Positions 9,601 to 17,500 of a DNA stretch of 64,000 bases are shown here, piece after piece. Numbering within the stretch: the stretch's first letter is position 1; every line of letters begins with the position of its first letter. The stretch covers positions 62,001 through 126,000 of the IMG/VR virus record IMGVR_UViG_3300042907_001080, one strand, 5' to 3'. The translations under genes and the position numbers were made by a program. A model generated the notes under the pieces. The model searched no databases. It saw nothing but the letters and a program-made list of their open reading frames with translations, and was not told where the DNA came from.

Positions 9601-12600
9601 ACCGTTGTTAGTAATCCAAGCACCGATACCATCTGATATTACCTGGGTGAAGTCGTTGCTAACTATAGAATCATTACCACCGTTGTGCAGTGAGCCATCA
9701 ATCTTTTGACCTACAGCCGCTGTGCCCAATGTGGTCAACCCCTGCACATATGGTGAACGTGTTATAATCCATGTACGATAATCCTCTGGCCCCCATCCTG
9801 GATCCAACGAAGCATATGCTCCTGCACTTACTCTAGAAGTACCGAATTCATTTTCTGCTAACAGATCACCAGTAAGTCCTTCGAGTGTTTGATCTCTTAG
9901 ACCTGTGGCATCCCTGAGATAATACATGTCTTCTTCTAAACTGCCTGTTACACTATTTGCATAGTATCTAGCTGCGTATCTAGATTTGTAGTTGCCTGGA
10001 TATTTCAAATCATATTTTAGCGCATCGATATAAGTGCCAACATCTCGCAGGCACGATGCACTATTGTAATACAATGCTACTGTCATAGATCCGGTGGCAT
10101 TTGATGCAATATTAAATGCTGTGTTTGAATCTCTAGTTGTAGCAATTTTAAAAGTTGTTGAACTTACAACGTTTTGTATATAGTAGGTAGTGTCTGTGCT
10201 AATTCCGCCAAATGCAGTTCCTGTAAATCTTACTGCTGTATTACGTTTCATCCAGGAAGTGCTAGTGCAGGTAAACACATCTGTGGCTGCTGTGGCATTA
10301 GTTACTGTAGTTGTATATGTTGAATCGATGTAAGCATCAATCTCTGCAACTATATAATCTCTATTTCTCTCTAATTGCAGCACAGCATAGTCAATCATTC
10401 TGTTGCCTGTGGCACAACGACTGCCTTCATTAGTGGCACCGTAAAGGATATCATCTACTAAGGTCATTAGTGTTTCAATACGAGCCTGTGCAGTTGCGTT
10501 ACCGCCCACATTGGCCAGTGCTTCTGTTTTGGCATTAGTTAATGCGTCTCTAGTAATGGTTTTTTGATTACCTACAAATACCTCTGCTGCTGAAGCTCTT
10601 AGATATGAGTATGCTGCTTCTCTAGATTTGAAGTTGCTGTTGAACATAAAGTCAAACATCACAGCTTCTAGAATCAATCGAGTATCTCTAATACACTTGG
10701 TTTGTAGATATCGAATCTTAGGAGTAACACCATCAGTTTTGTATGCACTTGGGAATATCGCAGTAAAGGAAGTACCACCTGACGATAGGCAAGATACAGT
10801 AATACTTGTTATGTTAACAATGTCGCCTGCTGCTAATCCGTGTGTTGCAGTAGTCACTACCGCATATCCTGTAGAGTTATTATAGACAAAGTTACTAACT
10901 GCTAACTCTGTTCCATTGGATTTCGTTACTATTCCACCACTGACATAGGTGTGTGCGAGAGTATGCTTACCAACGTAGATTCTAAAATCTGTCGAGGTCA
11001 ACGAAGTTTCGTCTACTACAAAGTCAGTGTGCCATGCTACTGCATTTAGATCATCTACAACATTTTGGACAATGGTTTCTTGTGCAGCGTCTAATGTCAC
11101 CGCAGCAGCAATCAAAGCAGTTGTTGATGTCACGGCATTGGTAGCAGTAGGATAGTCTATAACTTCTACAGGTATGCTAATACCAGCACCGTTGGTAAAT
11201 GTAGTTAACACTGCGCCGCCATATGTAGCTGCCAGTTGGAATGTGTTAGTGTTTACTGTGCCTACTACCCAATATTTGACACCGTTGGTTAACCCGTTGC
11301 CAGTTTCTCTTGGAACAACTGCATCTCCTACACTTAATCCATGACTGTTGCTGGTAAGTGTGTCTGTACCAGATATTGTAGTAACTGTGATCTGTGGTGT
11401 TGTGGCTTCTGTGCTATCACCTTGTATGATGTTAGTGATGATGTCTACCAATGCACCTACTGTAGCGTTAGCTGCTGCTCCACCCGTTAAATTAGTGCTG
11501 TCGGTCCATTGAGTAGCAGTGTTGCCTGTGGATTTTGTTACTGTGGTATTGGCAATGATCTGTTGCACAATAGTTTTTAGTCTACCGTAGGCAGCTGCCG
11601 TTGCGGCGATTTCTGTGCTGTCAATTTGCAGTGCCGAGCTGTTATCTCCGTCAAAGTAGGCTGTGCCGGCTACTAGTGTAGCCCAGGTTCCGCCATAGGT
11701 CAAATCATAGCTCATAGCATCAACAATAAATGCTACATCACGCTTGCATTTGGTTCTACTAAATTTTAATGTGCTATAATTTTCATTTAAGAACGCTGTG
11801 ATTTCGTCTTTGATAAATTCTTTGTTTTCAATCAGCAGCGTTCTTGCATCACCAAATCCTGATAAGAATGAACTATTATATCCTGTAGGATCTGCGGAAC
11901 TCACCATGAATGTGGAACTGATCTTGAAATCAATTTGATGCTGCATGACTCTGACCAATTGTGCTGCATCTGCTGCTTCTTCGGTGCTGGCATATGGAAA
12001 TGACGCACTTTGAATTGCAGTGTTACCTGAGCTTTCTGTAACGTTGGCTCCTCGAACAATTTGGTCAACCACTGTTTGCAGTCTAGTCAATGCTCCTATG
12101 CTGTAGCCTGCATCGGATCTGTTGGTCAGGCTACCTGCAGGACCTGCGTTGGTTGAGCGTAATTCGTCACCTTGTATACAGGTCTGTTCTGGCACAATAA
12201 TAGGTAATGTTTCTCTATACTGTCCGGTAGCCACTTGGATCAAATTACTAGGACTACGTCTTGCCGGCACACTAGCTATGGCGGCTGCTATCTGAGGTGC
12301 TGTAACCGCTGCTGCTCTAGCTGTGATAGCATTTGTGATCAGTGTAACACTTGCTGTCACATTAGCCAATGCTCCAGATTCTGCTGTGAGATCGCTGTTG
12401 AAATATTGAGCTACTGTGGCAGTAGAGTTGTCGCCGTTCAGTGTCTGATAATTTATTGTTGGAGCTGTCTGTGCTAAAACATTTCCAACAACTGTGAGCA
12501 TGTAGTTGTAGGCAGCAACGGATTCGTCTGATTCAATTGCTAAGCCTGGATATGCTTCTGTTTCGCCTTCGCTGAGTCCGCCGATTAGAGAATTAGCAAC

Positions 12601-14520
12601 TCCGCGTGATTTAATATTACCACCATGGCATAGATCATAGGTTACCGCATCTAGTGTAAATCCTACATCTCGTTCGCATTTGAAATCATCGTAGACAAAT
12701 CCGGAAGTAAATGGTGCAATGTTGTTAGTAATTTGATTCTGAATAAATTCTGTGACTTCGCGTTGAATGAACACACGATTTAATTCCAACAAATATCGTG
12801 CATCGGGATTGCGAGGACCACGTTCTACCTGTTCGCAAGCATAGCGAATAGTTTTCCAAGGTTTGTCCCAGGTTCTACCGTGTATTGGTGATGGTAGATC
12901 AGTGCCTGTAGTTGCTACAAAATAGGTGTGATCTATTTCGCCTAGAGTGACCCATGCTGGATCGATGCCTGTGGAGGTTAATACCTGGCCTTCACGGCCG
13001 ATTGGTAGTCTCTGAGGCCCGTTACCGCCATAAAAGACTAGATCGCCGCGCACTGATAACACACTGGTTTCTGTGCCGACGTTTAGAATATTCCAATATG
13101 TTCCTGTGTTGTCTTGATCAGGTCTGCTGTTAGCTTGTCCACCACCTGCTGCACCTACAGTAGAACCGTCATCACCTTCTGATCTATGTGCCAATACGCA
13201 GATAAAGGCGTTAGCACCAAATCTTACGGCATCACCTAACACATATTCTCTGTCATCTGACCACTCTCCCTGCCAGCTGATACCAGCGTTGAGTCTTGAC
13301 CAGTATGTAGCATTAGGTGGTTCTGCTGATACAGTGGCAGACATTGTGCCTGCAGCATCTGCAGTGATGTCGAAGGTTGTGCCACCTGGTGTTGTACTCA
13401 CTGTGATATTGCCTGCTGCTACAGTTTTTACATAGTATCTAGCTGTGGTAAACACATTACCAAATGTTGTTCCAGTAAATCTTACTGCCATGCCTACTGC
13501 CATACCTACTGTCGAAGCTATAGTAAATGTATCTGTAGCCGCTGTGACTGCTGTAACAGTGTAAGTGTTTGAAGGAGAATCCTGTAAGGCCAAATAGGTA
13601 TAGCCACCCATACTAACTACTTCACCAATTTTATAAGAAGTGCCGGCTGCCCACACAGATTGAAATTTAAATCCTTCTGTATAGAGGTCCCATCTTGATG
13701 ACTGTGTTGGTGGTGTTTCAGAAGCAACTGCGGCAGTATGAATCGTTTTTGCTATGTATTGATTACCGCCATATCTAACAATGTCGCCGTGCTGATACAG
13801 AGTTGCATTGTTCCATGTATCTTCATACTCTGTGCCTTCTACAAATTGACTCCAACGCCCTGCTGTAGAATCTGTTAAAAATGCAGCGTCTGCGGTATGC
13901 TGTGTGACACAGATCCACAGGCCGGCACCATATTTTACCACATCATTGACTTTGTATCTGGTTACAGAAGCTACCCAATCACCTTTATATTCTATGCCAG
14001 GATTAAATGAATCCCATTTAGCCTGGTCTTGTTCTAATCCGGATGCAGCGGTAGCTGCAGAAGTATGGTGAAGATTACACACATAGGTATAACCTCCATA
14101 CTGCACTAGATCATTTACTTTGTAGCGAGTGGATACTGTCCAATCGTTTTTCCAATCTAATCCTTCTGCATACAAAGTCCACTTGGATTGATCATTTTCT
14201 AAGCCTGACGCTGTGGTAGCTGCTGAAGTGTGACTGTCATTACAAATATAAAGCAACCCGCCGTATTTGACCACGTCGTTGAGTTTGTAGAAAGTGCTAA
14301 CATTCCAGTCCCCGGTCCAGCTTTGACCGTCGCTCATCTGATTCCATTTGGTTGGACTGTATTCTAAATCTGTGTTGAAATCTGAAGCAGAAGTATGTCC
14401 CACTGCACAGATATAGGTGCGAGCACCATACCTTACCACATCATCAATATAATAAGTGGTAGATGGGGTCCATGTGTTTTTCCAAACAAATCTAATTCTA
14501 CCTAGTTTAAATTCTGCCAT
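6676..14520 (-). CDS. giant tail-fibre/virion structural protein (2614 aa)
   Basis: N-terminal W..T.Y...D.V.YGG..Y.C...HTS repeats (CBM5/12-like), CxRD helical repeats, S.DG..W propeller-like repeats, C-terminal RLTGHDFLDIGTG / GGRVFFTSTDQ.GNFR. SD GGAG and TAAATA at 14539-14544. Confidence 0.85.
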   Translation of the reverse strand: MAEFKLGRIRFVWKNTWTPSTTYYIDDVVRYGARTYICAVGHTSASDFNTDLEYSPTKWNQMSDGQSWTGDWNVSTFYKLNDVVKYGGLLYICNDSHTSAATTASGLENDQSKWTLYAEGLDWKNDWTVSTRYKVNDLVQYGGYTYVCNLHHTSAATAASGLEQDQAKWDSFNPGIEYKGDWVASVTRYKVNDVVKYGAGLWICVTQHTADAAFLTDSTAGRWSQFVEGTEYEDTWNNATLYQHGDIVRYGGNQYIAKTIHTAAVASETPPTQSSRWDLYTEGFKFQSVWAAGTSYKIGEVVSMGGYTYLALQDSPSNTYTVTAVTAATDTFTIASTVGMAVGMAVRFTGTTFGNVFTTARYYVKTVAAGNITVSTTPGGTTFDITADAAGTMSATVSAEPPNATYWSRLNAGISWQGEWSDDREYVLGDAVRFGANAFICVLAHRSEGDDGSTVGAAGGGQANSRPDQDNTGTYWNILNVGTETSVLSVRGDLVFYGGNGPQRLPIGREGQVLTSTGIDPAWVTLGEIDHTYFVATTGTDLPSPIHGRTWDKPWKTIRYACEQVERGPRNPDARYLLELNRVFIQREVTEFIQNQITNNIAPFTSGFVYDDFKCERDVGFTLDAVTYDLCHGGNIKSRGVANSLIGGLSEGETEAYPGLAIESDESVAAYNYMLTVVGNVLAQTAPTINYQTLNGDNSTATVAQYFNSDLTAESGALANVTASVTLITNAITARAAAVTAPQIAAAIASVPARRSPSNLIQVATGQYRETLPIIVPEQTCIQGDELRSTNAGPAGSLTNRSDAGYSIGALTRLQTVVDQIVRGANVTESSGNTAIQSASFPYASTEEAADAAQLVRVMQHQIDFKISSTFMVSSADPTGYNSSFLSGFGDARTLLIENKEFIKDEITAFLNENYSTLKFSRTKCKRDVAFIVDAMSYDLTYGGTWATLVAGTAYFDGDNSSALQIDSTEIAATAAAYGRLKTIVQQIIANTTVTKSTGNTATQWTDSTNLTGGAAANATVGALVDIITNIIQGDSTEATTPQITVTTISGTDTLTSNSHGLSVGDAVVPRETGNGLTNGVKYWVVGTVNTNTFQLAATYGGAVLTTFTNGAGISIPVEVIDYPTATNAVTSTTALIAAAVTLDAAQETIVQNVVDDLNAVAWHTDFVVDETSLTSTDFRIYVGKHTLAHTYVSGGIVTKSNGTELAVSNFVYNNSTGYAVVTTATHGLAAGDIVNITSITVSCLSSGGTSFTAIFPSAYKTDGVTPKIRYLQTKCIRDTRLILEAVMFDFMFNSNFKSREAAYSYLRASAAEVFVGNQKTITRDALTNAKTEALANVGGNATAQARIETLMTLVDDILYGATNEGSRCATGNRMIDYAVLQLERNRDYIVAEIDAYIDSTYTTTVTNATAATDVFTCTSTSWMKRNTAVRFTGTAFGGISTDTTYYIQNVVSSTTFKIATTRDSNTAFNIASNATGSMTVALYYNSASCLRDVGTYIDALKYDLKYPGNYKSRYAARYYANSVTGSLEEDMYYLRDATGLRDQTLEGLTGDLLAENEFGTSRVSAGAYASLDPGWGPEDYRTWIITRSPYVQGLTTLGTAAVGQKIDGSLHNGGNDSIVSNDFTQVISDGIGAWITNNGRAELVSVFTYYAHIGYLAENGGRIRGTNGNNSYGDFGSVAEGVDNSETAGTAIVDNRLQFDAEIDRVITDGSALVQLEFTNAGIDYTEVTYTLTGGGSGAIVEADEFRDDAVFEVRMLDLIDDSTNAPEAEGNLGGFGYITNSNTAQGGTLTSVTIAATDGESSSAYIGMKIVLTGGAGVGQFGIITTYNSGTKVAGLIKESDGTAGFDHLVAGTAIISPDASSTYIIEPRVTFSAPGYTSTAATLPTSGAWTAVKYGETAAVYTTVTGTYTGTGVGATFTVIRNGWKYTPSTQSAGTGYTRLETITILGNSLGGTTPANDLIITITAVNSTTGAILDFDHSGYGIGGRYVALRNGVTAGATSEDGVNWTSQTSLMPSGANWSAMAAGLFDDNSTVGKVSKFVAVAGTSANTTGAYSSDGITWSATSMQTSAVWVDVAFGAQKFVAVSSDVTTVRISNDGETWDQTGTLTTTGFTAIAYGKNRFVAIKSGTNVTNHATSTTVTGTWTAGTLPSSSNWNSIAYGNNRFVAISSTSGTVAAYSLDGITWSSSTLPATASWTKVTYGQGVFLAVSTTTAAATSPDGVTWTTRTTSTAASGFSAITFGNRNRYGLFVGVGGSTGTVATYIRTGATARGRAKVAADKLFQVNITEPGSGYASAPTITFTDPNNTFESPVTVRTGSGVLANPSFVNRGSGYVTGSGEVDIGDGYSNLFQPGSFVALRRISIQPVPGANVVFSHLPDRTFKLVNVITFLGENEGAYTAFFQISPQLTRSEAPADGVSVETRIRYSQVRLTGHDFLDIGTGSFIDTNYPGAPNQPAIPANEAVDNGGGRVFFTSTDQDGNFRVGDLFAIEQSTGIATLNADAFNISGLQELNLGNVTLGGGSATITEFSTDPFFTADSDNIVPTQRAIKAYIAGQIGGGGASLNVNSITAGSVFISSNIITTTTGGPIKINANFEFRGGVTGVPLAFNYFLN

Positions 14521-14553
14521 TTTCTACTCCGTATTCTATATTTAGTTTGTTCA

Positions 14554-17500
14554 TTACTTGAACGATCTGTAAAACATTGTCTGGGCCAACATGCTGCCAC
14601 TTATTCCTGAATTTGCCATGTTAAATTCCGCTAATACCGGCACAATAACACGTAGTCCTGCAGTGTTATTGATTCTATCAGGTCCTACTAACACAGTTCC
14701 TGCTATAAAACTGCCTACTGCAATTTCCGACCCCCCTACGCTGAGTCTATTTGCTAGATAAGCAGCTATGGCTCTTTGGGTTGGGACAATGTTATTAGAA
14801 TCTGCTATGAACAACGGATCAGTAGAAAATTCTCTAACTACTGCGCCAGTTCCACCAATTCTAATTCCACCGAGTCGCAGTTCAGTGAGTCCAGAAAGAT
14901 CAAAGAAATCAGAACTAATTGTCACAGTTCCTGTGGATTGTTCAACTGCAAACAACTCGCCTGCTCTAAAGTTACCACTTTGATCTGTTGAGGTATAAAA
15001 CACTCTACCTCGATCTTCTTCTACTATTTCATTAAAAGGCTGTGGTTCATAAAATCCACTGTATAATTCTGGATAATTAGTTTCTTCAAAATTGCCTGTG
15101 CCTATGTCTAAGAAATCATGACCTGTAATTCTGCACTGGCTGAATCGTGTTCTAATAGTTATTTCTGTGAGATGTTGTAAATTATCACGAGCTTTAATTT
15201 CTGGTGTTACACGTATTCTTGCTGCCAGCCCTCTGTCTGTGAGACCTAGTTCTTCGATGGTCACAAGAGTGTATGATCCGCTGAGTCCTGAAATTACTAA
15301 ATTTGCTCCAGGTCCTGGATATGCATCTAAATCGTTGATAACAATAAATTTTCCAGTGGGAATCACATCTGCAAATCCGTCACCAGATACGGTTACTCTA
15401 GTAGATAGTGTTCTATATCCTAGTCCCCGATTCAGCCAACTTGGCTGTGCTAATACTCCGTCTCCAGTGCGGCATTCAATTTTTGCATCTCTATTGTTGT
15501 TGGGATCGACAAATGTGCAGGTAGGCCCTTCGGTATATCCGGATCCTGGATCCCATAATTTCACACCGCTTATTACTCCACTAGCGATTGTCACACGCCC
15601 TAATGCTCTTGCACCAGTTTGTATCTTGTTAAATTTATTTGAATTATCAATAGCGATCCATGTAGGTGTATTGTTTCCTACTGTGGAGTCTCTAAGATCT
15701 ACGTACGGAGTGCCAAATGCCACTGACTGCCATGACTGTATACTAGCTAGTGTTCTTGAGGTCCATACAACACCGTCAAAACTGGTTGCTGCAAAATTAG
15801 TGAGACCCGACGTTGGATCATTACCGACTGTTCTAAATCCGGTGTCTCCCACTGCAAAGAACACACCTTGTGCATATCTAATTTTTTTCCAGTTGTGTGC
15901 GGTGCTGCCATCTTGTGACGGCATAACAGCAGGCAACCAATCATTGCCATCGAAGCTGTAGGCAACATCGCCTGTGCTGGAAATTGCAACAAATCTACCG
16001 TTGCCGTAGGCAATGCTGACCCAATCTTTGGCGCTGGAGTCTGCGACCACATCCATGATATGGCCTGTCCATGACCATGTGTTTAATGTGCTGTTATATG
16101 TGCCTACTGCCACGATGTTTCCACTGTTGGCTAATGCCACATATCTCTGCTTGCCATAGGCCGCGTCCACCCATTCGTTTAGTGTAGAATCGCCGAATGA
16201 GGGTAACACCAGTGAACTCCAGGTAGTGCCATTGAGACTGTAGGCTGCTGAGTTAGAGTCTGTGGCCACAGCAATAAATAAACCGCCACCGTAGATACAG
16301 GAATTCCATTGGCGAGATGCTGGCATGCTTCTTGTGATCCAATTTATGCCATCTGTAGAACTTGCTGCTACTGCGCTGCCTTTTCGAATTGCTACAAATA
16401 AATGATTACCTAATGTTGGATAAGTTACTCTGCCTGCTGCTAGACATTTCCAATCACCTACAGTAGGCATATTGAATGTAGTCCAGTTGGTGCCATCTGA
16501 ACTATACATAGCAGCACTACCGGCAGTAGATACCACCACAAATCTACCGCTGGCTGCTAGATTGTCTTCTCCTGTGCCGTAGGTCTTTTGTTGTGCGGAC
16601 AGTATAGAATTTGTGCTGTCATCACTAACATCAGTAACTAAAATTAATAAATCGTTGATCGGTGTAGCTCCACCTATAAGGTTACCGTCTATGGTTAGTA
16701 GCTGTCCAGCCTCATATCCTGCACCTGCATTGTTGATAGTCAGTGTGTAATTTCTACCTTGTTTCACTATGTCAAACGTAGCTAACGCAGCAACAATATC
16801 TATAGTAGTGCCAGTGCCTGATTCATTAACCGCTATGTTTGTATAAGTTTCAGTAGTGTCACCAAACACAATTTCTGACCATGTTGTAGTAGCAGGAGTT
16901 GTAATTTCTTGGGCTGAGTACACCGGAGCAGAAAATATTACTCTAGGTTCTATTCTATATGTGGTGTTGGTCAACAACGGAACTGTGACTGGTTTTCCAG
17001 GCACCACATGATCCCAGCCCGGTTGATCATCGGATTCTCTAGCCACACTCATCACTTTAGTGACGTTATCATATGCAGTAATATACCCATACTGTCCTGT
17101 GCCTGCACCGCTGGTAAGAATTATCCGCATGCCAAGATATTCTGCGATAGAGTTGGCATCATTGGTGGCTATGGTAATTGTTGTTGCATCGCCACCTTGT
17201 GCATTGTTCTGTACTACTACATAACCACTGCCGCCAATTTCTTGTGCTATTTGAGTGGTGCCGGCATTGACATCAAGTCGTCGTGCTTCAAACACAGCAT
17301 CATCTCTGAACTCTTCAAAAACCACACTGGCATTGACGCCAGCACCAGCAAACGTTGCAGTAGCCGAGGTATAATCCTGACCCATATTTGCCCATTCTAA
17401 AATCTGTATTTCGTCAACAAAATCTCCAGCAAAAGCTGCTGCCACAATGGCCTGTTGAGCTCTGGTATAGTTCCTTGCTATGACTGGTGTTTCTGAGGCA

